Shown: positions 36,901 to 46,691 of the stretch, one piece after another
Layout: each line of letters opens with the position of its first letter
Numbering within the stretch: the first letter of the stretch is position 1
IMG/VR virus record: IMGVR_UViG_3300021091_000091
Span: 1-55,329 of that record
DNA: 55,329 nt
DNA from: a virus
Lineage: Duplodnaviria; Caudoviricetes
Reading direction: 5' to 3' (one strand)
The notes under the pieces: generated by a model
Database searches by the model: none
Seen by the model: the letters and a program-made list of their open reading frames with translations, nothing else
Told to the model about the DNA's origin: nothing
Translations under genes and position numbers: made by a program

Positions 36901-39139
36901 CTGTCAATCCACCTTCATACGCTTCATATGGTGGAGTAAATGTATTTGCAGATAATGCATTATATCTATTTTTTAATTTTTCAATTAATTTTATTTTAAA
37001 GAAAAAGTTTTCTGCTCTTTCGGTAGCTGAACCAAAATGGGAAAAGTTTTCAAATGTATAGAAAGAACCACTCGAATATTGTATATTCAATTTTTTGGTA
37101 TCAATGCCAACACTTTCTAAGTATCTATTTGCTATTGAATCCGAAGTTGTAGAACCACTAGCTATTAAATCCGTAAATACTTCGAATCCAAGTCCGGTAT
37201 CTGGCTCTATTGAAAAGTTTGGCCCTCTTAATTGTGGACAAACATCAGTATCAATACCAGTAATTGAAATGGTTTCTATTATAGGATTCGATTGAATTTT
37301 AGAAATCCATACTTGGTCATTTGGTTGAATTGCTGTTGATATTGGTTCGTATAGTTTTAATATCAAAGATTCTCTATCCCCAAGCCAAGTTGTAATTATT
37401 TTGTTATTACCATTACCTAAATGTAAAACGTGCGTTAAATATTTTGAGTTTTCTTCTGCAAATATGTTTGGATTCAATTGTCCCAAAAATCCTTCAGCTA
37501 TTCTATTTATTGCAGTTTCTTTTGGTACTATTTTATTAGACTTTTCAAAATTTATAATAATTAATTCATCTTTACCAACTACTTTTTCTATACCACTTAT
37601 ATTATAGGGTGTTAATACTAAAGTAATTGAGTTACCATCTTGTTTAGATGCAAGTTTTAATAATTCACCATAATTAAATTTAATTTTTCCAGCCGCCTGA
37701 GCTTTTGTTGTTGTAGAAGTACCAAAAGGTTTTATTAAAATGTAATCAGTATTTATTGATTGCCATGCTATTTCAAAATCAACATCATATCCACAATAAT
37801 CTTTACCTTTTATTGTAGAAGGATAGATTATATTTCGTATATCTGGTATTCCTACATATGCTTCACTTACTACATTAATAATAGATTCTATTGATTCACC
37901 ATTTCCATCTTGATTTGATGGTACTAAACTTAATTTATATACACCAATTTTATCAAAATATTTTTCAGGTATTGCTATAGCTGCCGTTTCTCCTCTTACA
38001 GTTTCAAAAGGATTTCCGAAATCAATAGTTTGGTTATTAAGAAAAGCTTTTACATTATCTAAATTTCCAGCTTTTTTTAATCCAATAACTACTCCAGCTT
38101 TTGAATTAATATTATATTTAGAAAATTCTTTTTCATTACTAAAAAATAAACTTGGTAATTCTTTTACAGTAATATTAATAAATTCTGATATTATTTCTAT
38201 CGCCAAATTTGATTTTAAAATAAAATCACTTTTTATACTTTCTAATGTATCCTCTGCTTCAATTAATTTTTTTTCTGTTTTACCCGTTAAGACTATACTA
38301 ACAATTCTAAAAGTTTTATTAGCTTCAACAATTTTTACCTTTGTACCAGATGGATACAATAAATTATTTTCACCTTTTTTTAATTCAATTCTTTCGGAAT
38401 CATTTATTAATAAAATTGCAGAAAACTCGGGCCCATTTAAAGAAATATCTAAAGATTCAAGTTTTTCTTTAGGTGTATAATCAATTGGTAATCTATCTTT
38501 TAATTTAAAATTATTAAAATCTAAATTTTTTATTTTACTAGATACATCATAATCATATGGTACAAGAATATCATTTTCGTATTTTGTTATCCTTAAAGTA
38601 TAAATTGGTTCTTTTACAAAAACTGGTTCTGAAGCTCGTTTTGCGCCCGAATCAAAATTTCTATTTGGAAGCCCATCTTTGTCAAATTGATTGTAATTAT
38701 TATCGACAGGAGTCAAATCCCTAATAAAAGAATCGTCTTTATAATATTTGTAATCTAAAAGAGTTTCAATAATATATTTTTCATTATTAATATACCCTTC
38801 TTTTTTTACTTCAATAGTATAACTATTATTTTGCTTTAGTACATCTTCTACATTTATATCAAAAGAATATGGTGTTGATTTAAATATATTTTCACCATTT
38901 ATACATACATAAGAATTTTTTTCAGAAGAATTGATAACAAATCTGAAATCAGGTGTATAGTTTATTGTGCCAATTGATTCTGGTTTTTTTGATACCGGAA
39001 TAGGTGCGCCGGTTGATGGGTTTTTTATATATACATCCCCATTTTCAGAAACACCGCTTTCTAATGCATTTAAAAATTCTAATTTTTGTGCATCACTTTT
39101 TGGTTCTAAACTATCCTCTATATCAAGTATTCTTGCCAT
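33971..39139 (-). CDS. Large baseplate wedge-like protein (gp7/P2 gpI-like core plus LamG-like domain)
   Basis: FLDMIGQHFD...LLKSFGW...NNLPYLLKHKGTARAMKAIMACYG (KGT wedge motif); FKGNIDEFRLW (LamG/ConA-like). Confidence 0.65.
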   Translation of the reverse strand: MARILDIEDSLEPKSDAQKLEFLNALESGVSENGDVYIKNPSTGAPIPVSKKPESIGTINYTPDFRFVINSSEKNSYVCINGENIFKSTPYSFDINVEDVLKQNNSYTIEVKKEGYINNEKYIIETLLDYKYYKDDSFIRDLTPVDNNYNQFDKDGLPNRNFDSGAKRASEPVFVKEPIYTLRITKYENDILVPYDYDVSSKIKNLDFNNFKLKDRLPIDYTPKEKLESLDISLNGPEFSAILLINDSERIELKKGENNLLYPSGTKVKIVEANKTFRIVSIVLTGKTEKKLIEAEDTLESIKSDFILKSNLAIEIISEFINITVKELPSLFFSNEKEFSKYNINSKAGVVIGLKKAGNLDNVKAFLNNQTIDFGNPFETVRGETAAIAIPEKYFDKIGVYKLSLVPSNQDGNGESIESIINVVSEAYVGIPDIRNIIYPSTIKGKDYCGYDVDFEIAWQSINTDYILIKPFGTSTTTKAQAAGKIKFNYGELLKLASKQDGNSITLVLTPYNISGIEKVVGKDELIIINFEKSNKIVPKETAINRIAEGFLGQLNPNIFAEENSKYLTHVLHLGNGNNKIITTWLGDRESLILKLYEPISTAIQPNDQVWISKIQSNPIIETISITGIDTDVCPQLRGPNFSIEPDTGLGFEVFTDLIASGSTTSDSIANRYLESVGIDTKKLNIQYSSGSFYTFENFSHFGSATERAENFFFKIKLIEKLKNRYNALSANTFTPPYEAYEGGLTAEAASTHEVVLTLDGAQILTEDGLYDILWEVQQFTSPSQANEAKKILADLNAAIRNLDGFEYYLYSSTDSLAYPKQIFVNPITSVPSYILSPTTNTNVIAWYEALVQSAINYDKYNNNLLKNNIPEFIYSDYNNDQFLLFLDMIGQHFDIIWSYINALNRVKVIEEKVDMGIPDDLVWHLLKSFGWDGKRAFDSQYLWEYAFGQYKEGLQKYSISLEEANNQVWRRIINNLPYLLKHKGTARAMKAIMACYGVPQSLLTIMEFGGPTDPTNGGSQKFTFEDRTAAIYLQESSSLIIPWKEVDGNKPAVIEFNFKPNTLPNTQYTLLSASQWTLDLIQTTGSFGKLELNFGGDASLVSYFESSGVYYPYITSSVEYVFGPDLVTGSLDFPISTEYYSTICINRNDYAGNGSLFEVWLGTSNGDRIITSVSMSIFTEDTQWTSGSFIQIGGNGFKGNIDEFRLWRVPLQRSKFNNHVLQPDSIAGNSYTASTTDLLFRLDFEYPKDRTADPFIKNVAINQSYGELYASASNMYSASTYPFQYTPYERTVTATVPSLGFNVSNKIRFEEQTLISNLSHRIRATKKSFDRAPIDSSRLGLFFSPIKELNMDIIKSFGEFNIDNYIGDPSDEYKETYRELDELREYYFQRLDRNINEYIQLVKYINKSLFDVLIDLAPARAKVSKGLLIEPHYLERSKTRWDKPVSLRNDFETSINTFNDISINLTYDVYNSELDLNNSTTLVGDINNYETTINLDSETQLDSSYLTYTTEINLDDNTILEAIAPFYNAEITVPNGATLSGEADVFNIEIIGMEKDSISNLGYGLFAIGGVGIFKKYDFLGNYTQSRQNIYLVKEQKNRKVSTQVSGYPTNGAVSGSQVKYEDVLVPYNKFRVSLIPFSGSLVVGNEIVSVTPLNGYLPSHYRYVNNLGEGMIRSFWKGSQQTTATTPDGLSPVETFTTNPNILRVAKTGRGSGEPILEVD

Positions 39140-39141
39140 AT

Positions 39142-40533
39142 TTATTCGTAATTCAGATTTTCTATTTCTTTAGAAAAATAATCATCAACATTTATTTCGC
39201 CATTTGATTTATTTTTACCTATACTTCTAAATTTAGAACCGCCGCCGCCAAATATTTTATCATTTCTTTTATCTGAATTTTCATCTAAATCTTTTTGAAT
39301 TGGTATTCTTATATCAGTTTCCGGAAATGGTTTTATTATAACGTCTGAAATAACAATATCCTCCATTGGAAATTGCTTTATAGGAATATCATCTACTTTT
39401 ATAATATCAATAATAGGTCCTGAGTCATCAACCGGCGGAATCATATCTTTAGGAAATTTTATTATTGGTGGTGGTTCGTCTATTGGTAATTGTTTTTTTA
39501 ATTTATATTTGATATCAGTATTTAGTACAGGTTCTTTTTTTTCTACAACAGCGATTGTTTTAACAGTTGGTTTGCCAGTCTCAACTATAACATCAGATGT
39601 TGTTTTTTGTAAAATCGTAGATACCTCATCTAAACTTTCATTTGTAGATAAATCAAATGTTGATGTATTTTTAATATCTGGATTTGGTAAAAATTTATTT
39701 AATACAGATACGAGTATTTTTTGTATAGATGCTTGCAATTCATTACTATATATTGTAACTTTTGGTTTAATTTTTTTTGCTTTACCATAATTTATATCAT
39801 TTATATCTGATATTCTATTTGTAAATTCATAAATACATGCTTCCATAAATAATTTATGTACATTAGTAACAAAAATATCAAAACTTTGTATTTTATATTC
39901 ATTTACCATTGATTGAAAAAAAGACTCTCCATATTTAGTTTTTAAAAAAGAACCAACTAAAGAAGGGTTTATTTTTTCAATGTATTCAAATGCTTGGATT
40001 ATATAATCTTCTCTAAATTTTTTATTATTTACAAATGTGTTATATCGCTCTTTTAAATTATCTAATAATTCAGCGGGTTGGTTCTTTATTAGTGGGAACA
40101 ATCTCACTTCCGTTCTTGATGGCGATATTTCTGATATCCACATTTTATCCAAAATATTGTTACTACCAACTCTTTTATTTATTAAAGTAATTTGAGTTTT
40201 AAATATACCATTGTTATATCCAGCCTCTCTTAATAATCTTTCAACATCTATGAAATATTCTTTTGGAAGTTGATATTTTTGAAAAATTGTTCCGTTTGGT
40301 ATTAAAAAATAATCATTTATATTTTGTGTTGATAGTGTTATATACCTAACCAATTCTCCATTTATTTGCGGCAATTGGTTATCATTTGAATCATAAACAA
40401 TAAATTCTATGGCATCATTTTCACTAAAACCAAAAAATGATTGTAAATCTCCCAACTCAAAGATAGCCCTATCTTTTTGGTCGATTAAATAGCCTTTATT
40501 TTCAATTACACTTTTTATTGATTGTAATGCCAT
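39142..40533 (-). CDS. Hypothetical structural protein
   Basis: In the baseplate operon; WISEISPSRTEVRL motif; Pro/Ile/Asp-rich tail. Confidence 0.5.
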   Translation of the reverse strand: MALQSIKSVIENKGYLIDQKDRAIFELGDLQSFFGFSENDAIEFIVYDSNDNQLPQINGELVRYITLSTQNINDYFLIPNGTIFQKYQLPKEYFIDVERLLREAGYNNGIFKTQITLINKRVGSNNILDKMWISEISPSRTEVRLFPLIKNQPAELLDNLKERYNTFVNNKKFREDYIIQAFEYIEKINPSLVGSFLKTKYGESFFQSMVNEYKIQSFDIFVTNVHKLFMEACIYEFTNRISDINDINYGKAKKIKPKVTIYSNELQASIQKILVSVLNKFLPNPDIKNTSTFDLSTNESLDEVSTILQKTTSDVIVETGKPTVKTIAVVEKKEPVLNTDIKYKLKKQLPIDEPPPIIKFPKDMIPPVDDSGPIIDIIKVDDIPIKQFPMEDIVISDVIIKPFPETDIRIPIQKDLDENSDKRNDKIFGGGGSKFRSIGKNKSNGEINVDDYFSKEIENLNYE

Positions 40534-40544
40534 ATTATTTACTT

Positions 40545-41555
40545 TTAACTACTTCCCCTAAACTTCTCTAAATATATTGATAAAGAAACCTCAGAACTAG
40601 AACCTGCACTTGATTTAATTTTTAATGAGCTTCTATACTCTCTATCTCCAGCAAAACCTACAGAACCTTTAGGTTTTTGGTCTCTAATCCAACCAATATT
40701 TTCTTTTAATGTAACATTTTTAGTTTCACCTGCTTTTAAAGTTACTGAGCCAGGAACATTAATAATTGGGTCTCCAGAAATATTAAATGTTATTGTTGTA
40801 TCCTTATCTGTAGTGAAATTAGTTAATTCTAAGGTAGGTCCGTTAATAAATTCTTCTGTGTTTTTATTTGCTCTTGCTCTATATGCTATATCTCCAATAT
40901 CTTTATTTTTAACCTCAATTATTTTTGCTGAAAAATCTTCACCTACTTTAGCACCTTCTGCCAATTTACCTTGCTTACCATATAATTGGTCTCTTAAAGC
41001 ACCTAACTCCTGTTCTAATGCTTGATTTCTTGCAAATAAAGAAACTCGTTGAATAGATTCAGCAATTGCTCTTTGTATTGCATTTTGTAAATCAATTATT
41101 GTTGTTGAAACTTTATTAGTTGATTGAGCAGCTATATTATCTGCATTTGCTACTAAAAGTTCTTTACCATCAATTTCTACTCGTAAACTTTGTGATACAA
41201 TTTCTAATTCAGTAACTTTAGCTCTCAAATCTAAAATAATATCCGTTTGTTCAGCTATTGTTATATCTCTTAGTCTAATATCTTCTAATGCAGCATCATA
41301 TATTACTTTTAATACAGTCTCAGGTAATTCTGGTTCTTCTACAGGTAATAATTCAAAAATTGTAGTATCAATAGATTTAATTAATTCATCTACATTATAC
41401 TTTGGTTTTACAAGCTTTCCAAAAACAACACCATCTTCTAAATCAGTATCTCTAAATTCATACATTCCATTATCATTTTTAGAACGCACACTTAGTGACC
41501 CACTAATTTCAATGGAGTTTACTAATGAATCATTTTTTAGACCGGTTTTTATCAT
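40545..41555 (-). CDS. Hypothetical structural protein (coiled coil plus Ig-like C-terminus)
   Basis: Heptad-rich central region; LTN.T...SVTLKAGETKNVTL beta-sandwich pattern. Confidence 0.5.
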   Translation of the reverse strand: MIKTGLKNDSLVNSIEISGSLSVRSKNDNGMYEFRDTDLEDGVVFGKLVKPKYNVDELIKSIDTTIFELLPVEEPELPETVLKVIYDAALEDIRLRDITIAEQTDIILDLRAKVTELEIVSQSLRVEIDGKELLVANADNIAAQSTNKVSTTIIDLQNAIQRAIAESIQRVSLFARNQALEQELGALRDQLYGKQGKLAEGAKVGEDFSAKIIEVKNKDIGDIAYRARANKNTEEFINGPTLELTNFTTDKDTTITFNISGDPIINVPGSVTLKAGETKNVTLKENIGWIRDQKPKGSVGFAGDREYRSSLKIKSSAGSSSEVSLSIYLEKFRGSS

Positions 41556-41557
41556 CT

Positions 41558-42640
41558 TTAATTTTTAACTACACTAAATGTTAATTCATCATCATAATAA
41601 TCTGAAACACCATCATTATCTATTCTAAATTCAATTTTATAAACTCTGCCGTCTTTCCAATTTGAAAGATTTAAATTTATAAAATTACCTTCGGAATTAC
41701 AACTAATTTTGGAATAATCGCTAAATGGAATTATTATGTCATCAGATGCAAAGTCTTTTATTTGATAATAAGATGTTTGTGGTAAATATTTTGATGTATT
41801 ATATGAAAATGAATTTGTAAATGTTTTTAAAGGAAAAAGTTCTCTAGCAAATAATTTAAGTTTTACAATAGTACCAATTTTGTATTCGCTTTTTAAATTT
41901 ACAATTCCTATTTTTTTATCATCTGTAGTTAATGGCAATAAACTGCCCGTAGAAAATGTTTGGTCATTATAACCAACTCTTATTTTTGGTTCATATATGG
42001 TATTCGTCTCTTTACTAAAAAATTTAAGTTTACCATAATCTTTTGTATCGTTTTCAAAACTATCCGAATGTCTTACAACAAGTCCATCATTTGGAGTTCC
42101 GCCATTGATTGAACCGCTCATCCAACTTTTTAACATTTCTTTGATATCCATTTCAATATCTGCTGTTTGGTAATCAAAGGATTGGGATGCTGCGTTTGCA
42201 ATCCACCACGTTCCACCTTGTCCATTATTTGGATTTGCATCAGTACCTGCTGCCAAAGTATTTTCAAGCCAATCTAATTTACTATCACCCTCTCTATAAT
42301 TCCATGTTATACCTTGTGTAGAAATATTATCAAATCTTGTTCCTATTCCCATTTCCCAACTTCCAGATACTTTGTAAGCATACAATGTATATTGTAATGG
42401 AATCTCTTCACTTTTAGTTTGTTTTAGAAGTAAAGTCGCTTGTTGCATTCCTAAAGAGGTATTTGTTAAAGATGCTGATAAAAAACCAACATCAAATTTA
42501 ATAAAACTACGTGAAATATCTTTTATATTTCCATAATATACTTTACTAACTTCTAATATTTCATCCAAACCAGTATTTTGATTTGGTTGTTGAAGATAAA
42601 CTGCTGCATCTTTTGATGCTGTTAAAAAATAGTATGCCAT
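41558..42640 (-). CDS. DNRLRE/CBM96-like domain structural protein
   Basis: SKDAAVY...NTG.DEILEV...SRSFIKFD...ATLLL...SW..G...NDGLVVR...FFSKE...PKI. Confidence 0.6.
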   Translation of the reverse strand: MAYYFLTASKDAAVYLQQPNQNTGLDEILEVSKVYYGNIKDISRSFIKFDVGFLSASLTNTSLGMQQATLLLKQTKSEEIPLQYTLYAYKVSGSWEMGIGTRFDNISTQGITWNYREGDSKLDWLENTLAAGTDANPNNGQGGTWWIANAASQSFDYQTADIEMDIKEMLKSWMSGSINGGTPNDGLVVRHSDSFENDTKDYGKLKFFSKETNTIYEPKIRVGYNDQTFSTGSLLPLTTDDKKIGIVNLKSEYKIGTIVKLKLFARELFPLKTFTNSFSYNTSKYLPQTSYYQIKDFASDDIIIPFSDYSKISCNSEGNFINLNLSNWKDGRVYKIEFRIDNDGVSDYYDDELTFSVVKN

Positions 42641-44676
42641 TATCTTGCTCTACCTTTAATATCTGAATCTGGGTATTTAATTTCAAAAATTGAAGGGTCT
42701 AAAGATGGATACACTATCTTACTTTTAGTTGCCGCTTCTATATTGTAGGAATTTACTGAATAAATACCACCACATTTATTTATAACCTTTAGCATTGGAA
42801 CTGATTGTACACCTTCTACATTTGCAATAAGTAATTCAACTTCACTCAAATTTATAGTTTGATTAAATCCCCAATTATCAATAATAAAATAATCTTTTAA
42901 ATCAGTTATACATTTAGCTAAAACTTCATTTTTATTATAATTTTGAAAACATATAATTTCAAATTCCAATCCTATATTAATTATAAAACCATCATTTATA
43001 TTTATTCCATCAGTCAATATTCTATATTCATTAAAATATGTTTTTAAGTTCTCTTTAATACCTCTATTTAATGTAGTAAGATGCCCATTTGAATTATACC
43101 CTAATAAATAAAGGTTTATAGCAAACGGATTGTTTTTTTCATTTTCATTTGAAGTTTTTCCAATTAAAAATTGTGTGATTTCAGATTTAACACTTGCTAA
43201 ATTTGGTTCTTCTGTATCTGGTTTATTTACAAATCCCATAACCAAATCAGTAAATTCTTGCAATGCATTTGGTGATGCTAATATTGATGATGGTGAATTA
43301 TTATCTAAAGTACCATCAGCTACAGCATATGCTTTAGCAATTCCACCAAATTTAGATGGCATTGATAATGCTCTTACTTGATAATCTTTTGCAGTTACTG
43401 CTCTATTTTGAGAACCAAAATTTGCTAATGCGTTTTGTCTTATTTCTTCTATTGTTTCACCATCTCTACCACCAATAGCTGGTATTTCGTTATCAACCGC
43501 AACTGATGTTTTTATATTATCGTATAAAACTCTTTCGCTAGTATTATATTGTGATAAATCTTCTTCAAATTCTATTCCATCAATTTGTGTTAATTCTCCT
43601 TGTGTAATATTGGAATCCACACCACCACCAATAAAGTATTTAACTGTAATTGTAGTATTTGATGGAGAAGTGCCATAAGTTTTTGTTTTCAAAAAATTAG
43701 TAGGGTCAAAAGATTCTTCTAATCTATTTATGGAATTTGGTAATCCCAATCCTACATTTTTGAGATTTGGTATCAATAATTCATCAGATGCCGTAGGGTC
43801 TCCTGCTCCAAATTGTATGGTAGTTGTACTATCAGAATTTATTTTAGTAACAAATCTCCTTGAAGTTTTTATTGTTTTTAAAATGTAAGGTACAGTTGAT
43901 TTAAATTGATATAAATCAGGATCGTTAGATGGAGAATTTGGTTCTTGAATAAATACCATTTCTTGAGCTAAATATGGTACTTCATAATATTTGTTTCCAT
44001 TAGAATCTCTTACATCATATATTTCTATTATATTTGATTCTGTCAACTTAATTGATTCAAAAGCTTTATAATTTCCAAATGTAAAAGTTTGTGTTTCTTC
44101 TGTTGCAGAAATTGCATCTATATATTTTTTGAATAAATAAAATGTAGGTTCTCCAGTAGTTATATTTCGTTGATATATGGTTGTTTCTCTTTCTGTTTCG
44201 TCAGAAAAATCTACTATATCTGTTGTTCTAAATAATATCCCATTAGTTTTTGATTTTATTCTAAGTCCTGCTTTTATTTTTAAGAAATATTTTTCGTCAG
44301 GTTTATTGTCTATCCCAGTTCCAATTGAAGGAACAAGTTGGTATATTGAAATTTTAGTTACTGCTGGACTTGTAACTTTTGGTTTGTATCCTAAAAATTG
44401 CGCCAAAGCTAAAACATTTTTTTTATCTTCAGCATATGGTAATAATGATTCTTTTAATGTATCATCCACATAATAAGAAAGAACATCACCTATATATGAT
44501 GCCATTTCAATAAACATCATTCCAGGAGATGTTTCATTAAAATCATTATACGTTTTTGGAAAATAATTTTTAGTAAATTCAATTAAGTTGCTTCTAAAAG
44601 AACTAAAATCTTTATTTAGATACTTAATATCTTTACCTTTATTTCTAAAATTTTTATTTATACTTTTTAATGCCAT
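42640..44676 (-). CDS. Baseplate wedge subunit, T4 gp6/baseplate J-like
   Basis: DFSSFRSNLIEF...MFIEMASYIGDVLSYY...LAQFLGYKP; GGRDGETIEEIRQNA...SQNRAVTAKDY. Confidence 0.9.
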   Translation of the reverse strand: MALKSINKNFRNKGKDIKYLNKDFSSFRSNLIEFTKNYFPKTYNDFNETSPGMMFIEMASYIGDVLSYYVDDTLKESLLPYAEDKKNVLALAQFLGYKPKVTSPAVTKISIYQLVPSIGTGIDNKPDEKYFLKIKAGLRIKSKTNGILFRTTDIVDFSDETERETTIYQRNITTGEPTFYLFKKYIDAISATEETQTFTFGNYKAFESIKLTESNIIEIYDVRDSNGNKYYEVPYLAQEMVFIQEPNSPSNDPDLYQFKSTVPYILKTIKTSRRFVTKINSDSTTTIQFGAGDPTASDELLIPNLKNVGLGLPNSINRLEESFDPTNFLKTKTYGTSPSNTTITVKYFIGGGVDSNITQGELTQIDGIEFEEDLSQYNTSERVLYDNIKTSVAVDNEIPAIGGRDGETIEEIRQNALANFGSQNRAVTAKDYQVRALSMPSKFGGIAKAYAVADGTLDNNSPSSILASPNALQEFTDLVMGFVNKPDTEEPNLASVKSEITQFLIGKTSNENEKNNPFAINLYLLGYNSNGHLTTLNRGIKENLKTYFNEYRILTDGININDGFIINIGLEFEIICFQNYNKNEVLAKCITDLKDYFIIDNWGFNQTINLSEVELLIANVEGVQSVPMLKVINKCGGIYSVNSYNIEAATKSKIVYPSLDPSIFEIKYPDSDIKGRAR

Positions 44677-44686
44677 TTTTTGTTAA

Positions 44687-45109
44687 TTAGACAGTAAATG
44701 TTAGAGTTTCCATATTAGGATTATCTTTTAATCTAAACTTTAAAGAAACCTCAACTCTATTATTATCTTTTAATTCTTTTGTTTGCTGAATATCAATTGA
44801 ATTTATTTCAACATAGGGTAACCAATTATTAATAGAATTATTAATTGTTTCTTCTATTCTATCGGGTAAATCTTCAGTATTTTGTTCAAACAAAAGTTCC
44901 TGCAAACCACTTCCTAAATTTGGTTGCATTATTCTTTCAAATCTTTTAGTCAAAAGAAGACTTTTAATGTTTGTACTTAATTGTTCAGTAGTTGTATAAG
45001 ATTGATTAAAAGCAGAATTTCCTATTTGTAATGGTAATGTTATACCAATAGCGAAATCATTATACTCTTTAGTATCTAATACTCTTTTTTTACCTAATAG
45101 AATAGCCAT
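44687..45109 (-). CDS. Baseplate wedge subunit gp25/GPW-like
   Basis: NIKSLLLTKRFERIMQPNLGSGLQELLFE...INNWLPYVEI. Confidence 0.9.
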   Translation of the reverse strand: MAILLGKKRVLDTKEYNDFAIGITLPLQIGNSAFNQSYTTTEQLSTNIKSLLLTKRFERIMQPNLGSGLQELLFEQNTEDLPDRIEETINNSINNWLPYVEINSIDIQQTKELKDNNRVEVSLKFRLKDNPNMETLTFTV

Positions 45110-45579
45110 TATTTTTTAAATCTTTTTACAAGCTCTGAATAATCTCTATTCAATGCTTTATCTAATTCAGCTACGCCGGTTTGAACACCCAATCCAGTCT
45201 TGTGAGGTCCACCTCCGGCAAATTCACCATAACCCATTTTTTCAGCCATTGCTGTTCTACCTACAATTGAACCCATATCATTTGTTCCAAAAGCCATAGT
45301 CCTGTAACCTTCATTGTTTGATAATCCTGCCTTAGTTTCATTTAGTATTTGATTAATCATTGGATTTTTAGTATAGGTTTTTTGTTCAACCACTTTAGGT
45401 TTATCATCACCCAAAATAGCTTTTGCCATACTAAGTTCAGTATTTTTGGGTTGTTTTTTTTCAGCTAATATTTTTTTCATTTCAGAACCTACAACTTCTT
45501 TAACAATGGTAGGAAGTTGTTGTTTTAGTTCCTCTTTAATCAATATTTGAATTGCTTGAATTAATTTGTCTGTGTTCAT
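45109..45579 (-). CDS. Hypothetical protein
   Basis: 156 aa; LIKEE, IVKE and ILNE repeats; own late motif at 45601. Confidence 0.5.
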   Translation of the reverse strand: MNTDKLIQAIQILIKEELKQQLPTIVKEVVGSEMKKILAEKKQPKNTELSMAKAILGDDKPKVVEQKTYTKNPMINQILNETKAGLSNNEGYRTMAFGTNDMGSIVGRTAMAEKMGYGEFAGGGPHKTGLGVQTGVAELDKALNRDYSELVKRFKK

Positions 45580-45600
45580 AATCCTTTATTTGTTATGTTA

Positions 45601-45608
45601 ATAAATAT
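45601..45608 (-). promoter_or_regulatory. Putative phage late promoter motif ATATTTAT
   Basis: 22 nt upstream of the ATG at 45579. Confidence 0.6.
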
Positions 45609-45630
45609 TTAGATTTGATTTTTGTAAGTT

Positions 45631-46680
45631 TTATACTTTTTTTTGGGATTCGATTGCTGCTTTTCCATTCTGATTTAATCTCCATAATGCTATTGTATTT
45701 GTATCAACATGGTTTTTTTGAATACCTCTTTGGGTAAAATCGCTTACCCAATTCCAGCCAGTCCATACCTGAATATGACCGTATGGTTTATTATTTGTAT
45801 ATCCCATAACGATTATATCCCCAATTTGCCATTCAGCAGGGTTTCCTATATAGGATTTTGTAAAATCAGGAGCACCATTTGAGCCATTAGGAACTACTAT
45901 TTTTTTCTTATCTTCATAGTAGATTTTTCCACCTATTGATTTTGCAAAAGTTGATACACCACCACCAGTTGATGGATTTTTAAATGAAAACCAATCCGCA
46001 TTTCCACTAATTTGACCTAACCCTTGAATACCAGTCAAGGCGGTAACTACAGCCTGTGTTCCTTGTGGGCAAAGTCCATGTACTCCTTTTATATATCCGC
46101 TTTTTAAATTTGGATAACTTACTCTTTGATTTTTACCAAGAGTTCTAGCCCACTGCCCTGCTTTTTGTAGTAATTCATCTAAATTTTTATATCCAGTCTT
46201 TATATTTTGAGCGGGTGGTAATTTTATAATACCTTGGTCAATTAATATTTGGTTTAATTTTTCTGCTTTTATTTGATTTACTTGGCTTGCTGCATTTGAA
46301 GATTCTTGTTCAGAATTTGAATCTTTATATTCATTGGGATTTGATGCTTGATATTTTTTATATTCTATTGCTATTGCATCTATTTTTGCTGAATTAGGAT
46401 TTATAATATCCTGAACTTCTGGGTCATTAGGGTCCAAATCAGTTTTACTCCAATCAATTTTATCATATAATTCTTGAGAAGGTGATGGTGTTGGCGCTGC
46501 CGGTGGTACTGTGTAACCCGTCCAATTTAAAACACCGGGCGCAGGAGTTGGTACTGGTATTGTTGGATATAAAGATATGGTATTTACTATACCACTAACT
46601 GTAGTTAAATGCTGTGTTGCATATTGAATAAAATCATCTATTATTAACGATGTATTTTTTGTAGGACTGATTATTGACAT
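45631..46680 (-). CDS. Virion-associated peptidoglycan hydrolase, C-terminal CHAP/NlpC-P60-like Cys amidase
   Basis: GLCPQG (catalytic Cys), GNADW, WQIGDIIV, YGHIQVW (His) and WVSDFTQ. Confidence 0.72.
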   Translation of the reverse strand: MSIISPTKNTSLIIDDFIQYATQHLTTVSGIVNTISLYPTIPVPTPAPGVLNWTGYTVPPAAPTPSPSQELYDKIDWSKTDLDPNDPEVQDIINPNSAKIDAIAIEYKKYQASNPNEYKDSNSEQESSNAASQVNQIKAEKLNQILIDQGIIKLPPAQNIKTGYKNLDELLQKAGQWARTLGKNQRVSYPNLKSGYIKGVHGLCPQGTQAVVTALTGIQGLGQISGNADWFSFKNPSTGGGVSTFAKSIGGKIYYEDKKKIVVPNGSNGAPDFTKSYIGNPAEWQIGDIIVMGYTNNKPYGHIQVWTGWNWVSDFTQRGIQKNHVDTNTIALWRLNQNGKAAIESQKKV

Positions 46681-46691
46681 AATATTTAAAT

